64,000 bases of DNA, from assembly GCA_038064495.1 (NCBI GenBank), contig JBBTSZ010000004.1, forward strand, positions 5,363-69,362. The letters run 5' to 3'. Below, in pieces: positions 1 through 8,412 of the stretch. The translations under genes and the position numbers were made by a program. The stretch comes from Patescibacteria group bacterium (GTDB lineage Bacteria; Patescibacteriota; Minisyncoccia; Phycocordibacterales; Phycocordibacteraceae). How positions within the stretch are numbered: the first letter of the stretch is position 1; each line of letters begins with the position of its first letter. The notes under the pieces were generated by a model, which saw nothing but the letters and a program-made list of their open reading frames with translations, searched no databases and was not told where the DNA came from.

Positions 1-6
1 CTCACT

Positions 7-1860
7 ATGAAACGAATGACAAGGAACCGCTTTATCTATAGTGTTTTTCTCGGATGTATTTTGTTGCTTCCGTCCTACGATGCGCACGCGGCAATGCTTC
101 AAACCCAATGGGCGAGTTCCTGTCCAGCAGGTTGGGTTTCAACGGGAATTACCGATGATAACTTTGATTCATATCATCATCTCGGCGAGGGTTTTGTACA
201 AGGCGCAATTGTTCAGCTCTGCATCAAGTCTGATGATGCAAGCATAACTCTCTTTTCTGAATGGAATGCAGGCGCAACCTGTTCAACTGACTATTCATTC
301 ATGAATTTGTATGATGACCTTGGCGACACGTCTCAATCGAGCGATCTACCGTCGCTTCACGACACAAACGAAAATAGTTATTTGCCAAGTGGCAGTAATG
401 ATAACCACTGGTGTCTGAAAGCAACTGGAGACAGCTCGACGAGCATAGTGCCTCTTTGGCGTGTCTGGAATAGTTCAAACACAGATGGACCTGGTTGCCA
501 ATCGGATGAGACAGTGATTATGGACGGAATTAATAGCGTATTCAATCTTAATCACGCAGTTCACACAGGAGCGAACGAATCCTCACTTTGTTTAAAGATT
601 GTCAGTGACGGGGCCTGTGGAAGTGCAAACGGTGTTGAAGTATCATCAGCTCCAAGCACTGATTTGTGTCTTGTGGGAACAGCAAGTGCCGTGAGTGGAA
701 CAGGACCATGGACATGGAACTGTACTGGAATAAATGGTGGAGTGACGGCATCTTGTTCCGCACCTAAAACAGCAAGTGTCCCGCCTACGGATCCTATAGT
801 TACCGGTACGGCGACCTACACAAATACCTCATATCCTTTCACGTTTACCTCAACTGATCCAAATGGCGACCCACTATGGTATGGCATTGACTGGAATGGA
901 GATGGAACAACCGACGAACTAGCTCCTGCTTCAGGAACTGTTCCAAGCGGAACACCACAAAGCGTAAACCACCAATGGGCTGTTGCCGGAGACTATGTAT
1001 TTAAAGTGCGTGCTATACGTGGAGCTTCCATAGAATCTGCATGGGTCTCAACCTCTATTCATGTTGAAGATCAAAGTGCTCTGCCAGTAGCGTTGATTAC
1101 TGCATCTCCCGAGACTGTTGCGCCAGGAAATTCAACTACGCTTACCTATACCTGTTCCGGCGGAACGTCAGCATTCATCAATAATGGCGTAGGCACTGTT
1201 GTTCCTGCAACAGGTGGAAGTACGGTAGTAACTCCTGCTCAGACAACAACGTATGAACTTATCTGCACAAACGCAGCAGGTTCAGCTGAAGACTCTGTTG
1301 TTGTGACCGTCGCTCCTCCGGGTTCGTTATCATGTACCGTATCGAATCAAAATCCTGAAGTCGGAGAGCTGATATCGTATACCGTCACTCCTTCGAGTGG
1401 TGCTGCTGGTCCCTACACCTGGGATGACTCAAATGGAGGAACGTACGGAACCGGAAATAAAGCACTTCGTACCATGGAAGCGATAGGAATCTATGCCATG
1501 AGTGTGCAGGGAATGAATGCACCCGAGGCATTCTGTCCGCAGGTAACGGTGGGAGCTAACTCCTGTAGCCAACCTTCTTCAGGCACGATTACTGCAACAC
1601 CAAGTCGGGTAAATCCTGGTGGTAGTACGGTTATCGCGTGGACTCTGAATAGAGGAGTTGGCGTTGCCTGCCACGTGACTGGTCCAGGACTTTCAGTAGA
1701 TATACCAATTCAAGCAACATGCGAAGGACCAATTCCTGTGTATGAAGATAATTCCTCTCCACAAACCATTACTGCACAATCTACCTACGTCATCACTTGT
1801 GATAGTGTTCAAGTCGCGCGTAAGACAGTAAACGTCATACCAGCAGTCAATGAGTTCTAG
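7..1860 (+). CDS. Secreted Cys/Thr/Ser-rich multi-domain surface protein (passenger 1)
   Basis: Signal peptide (..YDAHA). Three N-terminal W..C..H..LC(I/L)K repeats, a Cys-rich GACGSANG module and PKD/Ig-like repeats. C-terminus TYVITCD..VNVIPAVNEF is shared with two downstream paralogs. Confidence 0.75.
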   Translation: MKRMTRNRFIYSVFLGCILLLPSYDAHAAMLQTQWASSCPAGWVSTGITDDNFDSYHHLGEGFVQGAIVQLCIKSDDASITLFSEWNAGATCSTDYSFMNLYDDLGDTSQSSDLPSLHDTNENSYLPSGSNDNHWCLKATGDSSTSIVPLWRVWNSSNTDGPGCQSDETVIMDGINSVFNLNHAVHTGANESSLCLKIVSDGACGSANGVEVSSAPSTDLCLVGTASAVSGTGPWTWNCTGINGGVTASCSAPKTASVPPTDPIVTGTATYTNTSYPFTFTSTDPNGDPLWYGIDWNGDGTTDELAPASGTVPSGTPQSVNHQWAVAGDYVFKVRAIRGASIESAWVSTSIHVEDQSALPVALITASPETVAPGNSTTLTYTCSGGTSAFINNGVGTVVPATGGSTVVTPAQTTTYELICTNAAGSAEDSVVVTVAPPGSLSCTVSNQNPEVGELISYTVTPSSGAAGPYTWDDSNGGTYGTGNKALRTMEAIGIYAMSVQGMNAPEAFCPQVTVGANSCSQPSSGTITATPSRVNPGGSTVIAWTLNRGVGVACHVTGPGLSVDIPIQATCEGPIPVYEDNSSPQTITAQSTYVITCDSVQVARKTVNVIPAVNEF

Positions 1861-1911
1861 TCACAGGACGTAGAATAGGGGATAAGCTACGTTCGCACGG
1901 TAGACACTCGC

Positions 1912-1917
1912 TACAAT
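1912..1917 (+). promoter_or_regulatory. -10 box (TACAAT) 6 nt before ATG 1924; probable leaderless promoter
   Basis: gcTACAATacctacATG, no Shine-Dalgarno. Confidence 0.55.
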
Positions 1918-1923
1918 ACCTAC

Positions 1924-2904
1924 ATGCCTCCTGAACAACCACAAGAAAATACCGCCTACGAACAACAGGAAGAAAGTTTGTGGAAAAAGCAGAAAATAGC
2001 GGTTGTGTGTGGGGCTCTCGCCACACTCGTGGTGCTTGCACTGTTTTTCTTCGAGTTCAAGTCACGCCTGATACTACCAGGTGACAACATTGTTATCTCA
2101 GCCGGTTACTTTCGAGTGAGTCCGTTGTATATCGTCAACAAAGCGACAACAACACCAGTGCTCGTCAGTTACGGTGGAGTCGAGAAGAAAGCATTTGATA
2201 TGCTTATACTCAGTGATGGCTCCAAACTTTATTCTCTTCGTGAAGAGAGTGATGTACCGTCTTTAAATATCTACCGGGTGGATATCGAAGGTACCGTTAC
2301 ACAATTAACAAACAGCCCGACAGTGAAATTCAATATTTCAGCAGATCCTTCCGAGACGCATATTATTTACGAAGAAATGGTTGCCAAAGACGACCTGGAG
2401 ATATCTACTACTTCTTCGTGGGATATACAGCAACTTGATTTAAACACGCGTGCTGTTGAGCACATAACAAGTGGCGTGCAACCACGATATATACGCTCAG
2501 GTGCTCTTTTGGTCGGTCAAAAGAATGGAGTAGTCCTCTACCACCCCGAGAATCAGTCACGCAAGAGTGCGAGTTCCACCCCGGTGCTTTCTTCCAAAGT
2601 ATATTCACTCTATGCGGTGAGCGCAGAGGGAGAACACGTCGCTGCCTACAACACCAAAACAGGCGCAGTAGATGTATTTGACGTTACGGTGGCAGGGACA
2701 CTTTCCTATGCTTACTCGAGCAAGCCTGAGCACCAACCCTCCAATATCAGCTTCAGTGACGGAGAGCCAGTCTCAGTAGAATCAACCCCGTCTCCTCGTG
2801 GAGTCGTGTATACGGTAACCCGCTATAGCGTAAGCCGTACCGAATGGAACATTACTGGTCCGCAAGGACTTATAGCCCAGCGACTCATATATGCATCACA
2901 TTAA
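1924..2904 (+). CDS. Membrane-anchored TolB-like beta-propeller protein (partner A)
   Basis: Single N-terminal TM helix. TolB/PD40-like segments (NIYRVDIEGTVTQLTNSP, ISADPSETHIIYE, YAVSAEGEHVAAY). Stop overlaps the start of the next gene. Paralog of 4780..5733. Confidence 0.6.
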   Translation: MPPEQPQENTAYEQQEESLWKKQKIAVVCGALATLVVLALFFFEFKSRLILPGDNIVISAGYFRVSPLYIVNKATTTPVLVSYGGVEKKAFDMLILSDGSKLYSLREESDVPSLNIYRVDIEGTVTQLTNSPTVKFNISADPSETHIIYEEMVAKDDLEISTTSSWDIQQLDLNTRAVEHITSGVQPRYIRSGALLVGQKNGVVLYHPENQSRKSASSTPVLSSKVYSLYAVSAEGEHVAAYNTKTGAVDVFDVTVAGTLSYAYSSKPEHQPSNISFSDGEPVSVESTPSPRGVVYTVTRYSVSRTEWNITGPQGLIAQRLIYASH

Positions 2905-4714
2905 AAGACCACTCTTTTTCATAAGTTTTATTCTCCTCGTTACTGCGCCGGGGCAGGCGTATGCGTTTTCCTACACCCAAGTACACACACTGTGGCAGGA
3001 CCCCGCCTACGTTTCAAACAATGCTCCAGACTACCTTGGTCCAACCTTCCCAGGATGGGGCTTGTTTCCTTTTTTCGCTGACCCGGTAGGACCTTTAGGG
3101 ACATATCCGACCTATGAAGCTATGTGTGACTCGTTTGCCACGGCGCAAGGCTACACGAACACCACTGACTTTTATTGTGTCTACGATGCTCAAATGAGTA
3201 GTTCTAGTTTCGGAACACCGTGTTTTGGCACTGCATGCTCACCGGGCGTAGGAACCATCAACATTTACAATGGCTTTGTTAAATTGTATACAAATCCACC
3301 GACACAGACATCCTATGCAACAATCAGTGCACAGCTTACTGCTCTCTGGACCACGTGGCTTAGCAATGTAGGTCTTGGCATACTCCCGAATCCGCTCCCA
3401 ACCAACCCAGACGTCTGTGACCGGTCAGAAGTATTTAGTGGTCTTATACCGCCGCTTGGATTCAACCCTCCTAACTCAATTCCATTCTACGACAGGTGCA
3501 ATATTTATCATCATGTAGGAATGCCTTCGAGTGTACCCAGTGCTTCGCTTTCCGCTACACCCCCAACAGTAACAGCAGGAAGTAGTGCATTGCTTACGTA
3601 CACCTGTAGTAATGGCGCCACCTCAGCAACCATTGATAATGGTGTCGGGTCAGTTACTCCCGCGGCAGGAGGGAGTGTGCCGGTGACACCAGGCTCTACC
3701 ACCACCTATAGCCTTGTTTGTACAAACGCAAATGGCGCAAGTGTTCCAGCCGTTACAACCGTAACGGTTATCCCTCTCCCAACGCTGCCGGACTTGACTA
3801 CCGGAGCTATCTCACCAACCACTGCAACCGCAGGGCAGTCCACGAGTCTTTCCGCGCCGGTATCAAACACGGGTAATGGGGCAACTGGAGTAGTCTTTAC
3901 TGACCTGTTCCAAAGCGCCACTGACTCATCGGGTAGTAACGCAACCGATATCGGTACGTATCCGAGTATTGCACTCCCTGCAAGCATTGGTAACCTCGCA
4001 CTCCTTTCCTATACCTTCCCGACGGCAGGAACCTACTACCTTCGTGCGTGTGCTGACAAATCATCTAGTGGAAGCCCCGGAGTTATTTCTGAGTCTAATG
4101 CCCTTGGTACCGCAGAAACCAACAACTGTGGCCCATGGACAGCCGTTACGGTTGCTTCTGCGGGAGTACCGAGTGTTTCCTGCACCCCCTCAAATGCAAA
4201 CCCACCAGTTGGCGGAACCGTCATCTATACCGCAACAGTCGGTGGAGGAGCGGGAGCGCCCTTTACGTGGAATCCGTCACTTCCATCAGCTTGTACTGCA
4301 AGTACGGGAAGTACCATCTCGTGTACCTTCACGACGGCAGGCCTCTACGCTATGAATGTGTCTGCTACAGGAGTCGCAGGCTCAGTACCATGTTCTCCAA
4401 ATCCTATTCAAGTTGGTGCCCCATCGTGTGCGGTGCCAGCGAATGCAACACTGACGCCAAGTATGAATCGTGTTCGACAGGGAACCGGCACGACCATTAG
4501 TTACAACGTCACTGGTGGCATCAACACCTCGTGCACTATCACGGGTCCCGGAGCTCCCGGCACCATCAACGCAAATGCCTGTGCCCTGAATCCATCATCA
4601 GGTTCCTTCTCAACTGGACCACTGAATTCACAAGCTACCTACATCATTAGGTGTGACGGCACCGAGCTCTCTCGCACTATCGTGAATATCATTCCGAACT
4701 TCAAAGAGTTCTAG
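2891..4714 (+). CDS. Secreted surface protein with CARDB/PKD/Ig-like domains (passenger 2)
   Basis: Signal peptide (..GQAYA), unique N-terminal head, CARDB-like domain (LPDLT..YYLRACADK..ESN..NNC), C-terminus VNIIPNFKEF. Confidence 0.75.
   Translation: MHHIKRPLFFISFILLVTAPGQAYAFSYTQVHTLWQDPAYVSNNAPDYLGPTFPGWGLFPFFADPVGPLGTYPTYEAMCDSFATAQGYTNTTDFYCVYDAQMSSSSFGTPCFGTACSPGVGTINIYNGFVKLYTNPPTQTSYATISAQLTALWTTWLSNVGLGILPNPLPTNPDVCDRSEVFSGLIPPLGFNPPNSIPFYDRCNIYHHVGMPSSVPSASLSATPPTVTAGSSALLTYTCSNGATSATIDNGVGSVTPAAGGSVPVTPGSTTTYSLVCTNANGASVPAVTTVTVIPLPTLPDLTTGAISPTTATAGQSTSLSAPVSNTGNGATGVVFTDLFQSATDSSGSNATDIGTYPSIALPASIGNLALLSYTFPTAGTYYLRACADKSSSGSPGVISESNALGTAETNNCGPWTAVTVASAGVPSVSCTPSNANPPVGGTVIYTATVGGGAGAPFTWNPSLPSACTASTGSTISCTFTTAGLYAMNVSATGVAGSVPCSPNPIQVGAPSCAVPANATLTPSMNRVRQGTGTTISYNVTGGINTSCTITGPGAPGTINANACALNPSSGSFSTGPLNSQATYIIRCDGTELSRTIVNIIPNFKEF
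4121..4711 (+). repeat. C-terminal 197 codons paralogous to 7523..8113
   Basis: Gapless protein alignment with 31 differences in 197 aa by hand count (~84% identity). DNA differs mainly at third codon positions. Confidence 0.9.
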
Positions 4715-4767
4715 ACAAAAATCTACTCTGGATTGGGGATTAAAAAAACGACAGCCTGAATCAAGGC

Positions 4768-4773
4768 TATACT
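4768..4773 (+). promoter_or_regulatory. -10 box (TATACT) 6 nt before ATG 4780; probable leaderless promoter
   Basis: gcTATACTagacgcATG. Confidence 0.6.
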
Positions 4774-4779
4774 AGACGC

Positions 4780-5733
4780 ATGCCTCCGATACAAAGCATC
4801 CCGGGAATGCCAGCGACCCCATCTTTTACAAATCACCCCAGACACTGGAATAAAAAGATATGGGCACTCGTCTTTGGTGCGATAGCTACTGTTGTAGTAC
4901 TTACGATGTTTTTCCTTGAATGGAAATCAGGACGCCTCCACTTCTCCGAACCAACAATCCTGCTAAGTCCGTCGGAAGCGCCTTTGTTTCAGGCTCTCAC
5001 CATCAATTTAGGTGGAAAAACGACCTCGCCAATTTTGGTAGAAGGCCTTGGTACCGCAGTCGTTACTGATATGGCTCCAAACAAACAGAGAAACTATTAC
5101 TTGATAGCAAACCAATCACTCACTGAATCAAATCTTTATTCTTCAGATTCCCATAACCCGCAAGCAGGCCTGAGTCAGAGAACGTTCTCGCACACCACCA
5201 AATTCAGTCTCTCGTATGACCCGCAATCAGGCGCAGTCGCGTATGTATCGAAAAAGGGTAGTGAACCTGGCGTAATAACGCTTCTCCTGCAGGGCACGAC
5301 AACAGAGAAGTTGCTGGGAGAGGGATCTAATCCAGAGTTTCTGAAAGGAGGATTTTTTGTAACGTATCAAAAAGGTAACGAAGTCCTTTCAGTAAACGTG
5401 CACACAAAAGAGACACACACCCTGTTTACTATTCCCGAGGGAGGCACGTATGCTGTAGACGGAGAAGGACTGCGAGCAGTTGTGTATGATCCGACAACAC
5501 GCACTCTCCAGTATTTCTCACTTGAGGGCATGACATCTGCAAGCTTTACGACGTTTAAGAAAGAAGAAGGAGTAGCTATCCAGAGACGTATTCTAGGAAT
5601 TTCTGGAGACACGCTTGCAAGTCTTATTCAAGCCGAGGAAGGTATCTCTATTACCCTTGGGAAAGACAAACCAGTCTTCTTCGGAGGTGTTACAGCACAC
5701 GAACACTCACGACTGACCATCTATCATGACTAA
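4780..5733 (+). CDS. Membrane-anchored TolB-like beta-propeller protein (partner B)
   Basis: N-terminus MPP..WNKKIWALVFGAIATVVVLTMFFLEWKS matches partner A, and TKFSLSYDP matches VKFNISADP. Stop overlaps the start of the next gene. Confidence 0.6.
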   Translation: MPPIQSIPGMPATPSFTNHPRHWNKKIWALVFGAIATVVVLTMFFLEWKSGRLHFSEPTILLSPSEAPLFQALTINLGGKTTSPILVEGLGTAVVTDMAPNKQRNYYLIANQSLTESNLYSSDSHNPQAGLSQRTFSHTTKFSLSYDPQSGAVAYVSKKGSEPGVITLLLQGTTTEKLLGEGSNPEFLKGGFFVTYQKGNEVLSVNVHTKETHTLFTIPEGGTYAVDGEGLRAVVYDPTTRTLQYFSLEGMTSASFTTFKKEEGVAIQRRILGISGDTLASLIQAEEGISITLGKDKPVFFGGVTAHEHSRLTIYHD

Positions 5734-8116
5734 TACTTCACAACTTCCCGTACTCGGTTTACTTACTTCGGCTGTGGTGATAGGTATATCGTTGTTTGCA
5801 TCGCATGCTGTATACGCGCAAACATACACAGCCGGTTCTTGTGGTGCGACAATAGTATCGAGCATAAATGCTTTTGACTGTAGCTCAAACTATTTGACGT
5901 GTGCGCCTGACCAATTAGGACAAGATCGCATACCTGCAACTAAATTACGAGAGTGTCCCGCGGGAAGCGGCGATTTCTATCTAATTGATCAGCCAGGAAG
6001 ATGTATTGCTGATCCTGTATGCGCCTTCGGAGCACCGTCTGCAAGCATAACTGCGAATCCGGCCTCTATTGTGCGTGGGAATAGCAGTGCTGTTTCCTGG
6101 AGCTCAGCAAATACAACCTCGTGTACGAGTACCAGCTTCTCCACTGGTAATGCTACGAGCGGCACGATAGCGGTATCGCCCACACAAACGACAAGCTACG
6201 ACGTTACCTGTACGGGTCCCGGCGGTTCAACGGGTATAAAAACTGTCACTGTCACCGTCACCGCTCCCGTGTTTGATGCTAGTTGTTCAGTTAATCCAAC
6301 GTCTGCACAAATTGGAGAGACGGTTACGTGGAGTGCCAGCGCATGGAATGGAACCGCACCTTATACATTTTCTTGGATTGGACAAATTATAGAAGGACTC
6401 ACAGGATCCAGTGCATCTGTGTCCTATTCAACTTCAGGTGTAAAGACAGGATCGATACAGGTAACAGACTCAACATCTAATGGAACAAGTGTCAGTCTAA
6501 CCAATAACGACAACAAAATTTGTACGGGACCTGTAATTGCATCAAACATTACGCCCGGACTTCAAGAAGACGGAGGAACACAGTCGGCTATGCAAAATGA
6601 GGCGTACTCCTTTACTAGAGGAGGTTTTCGTGGAGGTATTGGTATCTTCTATGACCAATCATACAGTGCCACCTATGCTACAGTTAAGGCAAATCCTCAG
6701 AACTACTGTATAGATGTAAAACTCTCACAACGGTGTAATCCTCCTCCTGGTTGGGAAGGTTGTAATTGGAGTTTCGATATAGATATTCACCAAGGAACGG
6801 GTCTACGAGACCCTCAAGCGAGCGATCAAGGTCCGTATGTACCGAATCAAAACGGATTTGGTACTTGGAATCAAGCGCGTTTCTTTGGTGCAGTACTTGG
6901 AACACCAGTCTCAGGAGCTCAGACAATTAACCGTTCCTGTGTAAACTCAGTTACCGTTGCCGCCGCCGCAACAACAGCAAATCTTTCTGCAAATCCTATC
7001 TCCATTACGCAAGGCAACTCCTCAACGCTTACATGGTCATCCACAAATGCCACATCCTGTACGAGTCCTGACTTCAATACCGGTGGAGCAGTCTCGGGAA
7101 GTATTTCCGTAAGTCCCTCAGCTGACACTATGTACACAGTAGACTGCACTGGTTCTGGTGCTCCTGCATCAAGTTCGGTAACGGTATCAGTCACCGCGGC
7201 TCAATCTGATCTAACTGCTGCAGCGGTTTCTCCTGCCAGTGCAATAGCCGGTACGCTCGTTACACTTTCAGCACTTGTTTCTAATTCTGGAGTTGCAGGA
7301 ACTGGAGTAGGTTTCACAGACCTGTTTCAGCGGGCCACAGACTCCTCTGGTAGTAACGCGACTGACATTGGTACCTATGCGAATACGGCACTCGCCTCTA
7401 GTGGAAATACAAGTGCAACCATGAATTACTCCTTCCCATCAGCAGGCACCTGGTATGTGCGTGCTTGTGCCGATAAAGCTTCAGCTGGCGACAGCGGCGC
7501 CATCAACGAATCAAATGAAGGAAATAACTGCGGTCCCTGGACCGCCATCACGGTTGCTGCTGCAGGAGTGCCTGCGGTTTCTTGCACCCCTTCAAACGCA
7601 AATCCTCCCGTCGGTGGAACCGTCACGTATACGGCAACCCCAAGTGGTGGGGCGGGAGCACCATTCACGTGGAATCCATCACTCCCGTCTGCCTGTACAC
7701 CAAGTACCTCAAGCACGATTTCCTGTACCTTCACAATCGCAGGCCAGTACGCTATGAATGTGTCTGCTACAGGGGTCGCCGGCTCCGTACCATGCTCACC
7801 GAATCCTATCCAAGTGGGTGCTGCGGCTTGTGGTGTTCCTGCCAGCGCAACCCTGACTCCGGTTAACAACCGTGTTCGTAAGGGCACTGGAACCAGCATC
7901 AATTACAACGTGACTGGTGGCATCAACACCTCCTGTACTATCATGGGTCCAGGAGCTCCAGGCACCATCAGTGCAAACGCCTGTACTCTCAATCCATCTT
8001 CAGGCTCTTTCTCCACCGGCAATCTCTCTGCACAAGCAACCTACATCATTACGTGTGATGGTGTTGAACTCAAACGTACGGTGGTGAACATCATTCCGAA
8101 CTTTGTTGAGTATTAA
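5726..8116 (+). CDS. Secreted surface protein with Ig/PKD/CARDB-like domains (passenger 3)
   Basis: Signal peptide (..AVYA), repeated ANPxSIxxGxSSxxxWSSxNxTSC Ig modules, CARDB-like domain, C-terminus VNIIPNFVEY. Confidence 0.75.
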   Translation: MTNTSQLPVLGLLTSAVVIGISLFASHAVYAQTYTAGSCGATIVSSINAFDCSSNYLTCAPDQLGQDRIPATKLRECPAGSGDFYLIDQPGRCIADPVCAFGAPSASITANPASIVRGNSSAVSWSSANTTSCTSTSFSTGNATSGTIAVSPTQTTSYDVTCTGPGGSTGIKTVTVTVTAPVFDASCSVNPTSAQIGETVTWSASAWNGTAPYTFSWIGQIIEGLTGSSASVSYSTSGVKTGSIQVTDSTSNGTSVSLTNNDNKICTGPVIASNITPGLQEDGGTQSAMQNEAYSFTRGGFRGGIGIFYDQSYSATYATVKANPQNYCIDVKLSQRCNPPPGWEGCNWSFDIDIHQGTGLRDPQASDQGPYVPNQNGFGTWNQARFFGAVLGTPVSGAQTINRSCVNSVTVAAAATTANLSANPISITQGNSSTLTWSSTNATSCTSPDFNTGGAVSGSISVSPSADTMYTVDCTGSGAPASSSVTVSVTAAQSDLTAAAVSPASAIAGTLVTLSALVSNSGVAGTGVGFTDLFQRATDSSGSNATDIGTYANTALASSGNTSATMNYSFPSAGTWYVRACADKASAGDSGAINESNEGNNCGPWTAITVAAAGVPAVSCTPSNANPPVGGTVTYTATPSGGAGAPFTWNPSLPSACTPSTSSTISCTFTIAGQYAMNVSATGVAGSVPCSPNPIQVGAAACGVPASATLTPVNNRVRKGTGTSINYNVTGGINTSCTIMGPGAPGTISANACTLNPSSGSFSTGNLSAQATYIITCDGVELKRTVVNIIPNFVEY
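7523..8113 (+). repeat. C-terminal 197 codons paralogous to 4121..4711
   Basis: Second copy of the 4121..4711 repeat. Confidence 0.9.
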
Positions 8117-8164
8117 GTAGTCCACAGTTTGTTTGAGGTGTGATATACGTGCTTTACTACGAGT

Positions 8165-8356
8165 ATGTCTCGAGGAATGATACTTATCATGCTTGGTATT
8201 TTGATTGCACTCACTCCCTTTGTTGGGCTCCCCTCAGCAATCTTGGTATTCCTTCTCCCACTTCTTGGAGCGATCGTTGCGTTTTTCGGGGGACTCATTC
8301 GAATAGAAGCAACATCGAGACCGATTCAACCAGAACACATTGTTGGTACGAAGTAG
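8165..8356 (+). CDS. Small two-TM membrane protein
   Basis: 63 aa with two hydrophobic helices. TTTACT -10-like box 6 nt before ATG. Confidence 0.65.
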   Translation: MSRGMILIMLGILIALTPFVGLPSAILVFLLPLLGAIVAFFGGLIRIEATSRPIQPEHIVGTK

Positions 8357-8412
8357 CCACTCACACTGCTCTCACGTGAGCTCAAAACCATCAGTATCGT
8401 ATACTGTAGTGT

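Noticed and set aside
4121-8113. DGR or assembly duplication explaining the passenger 2/3 similarity
   Set aside because: Differences are spread over synonymous sites of all bases, as expected for old paralogy.
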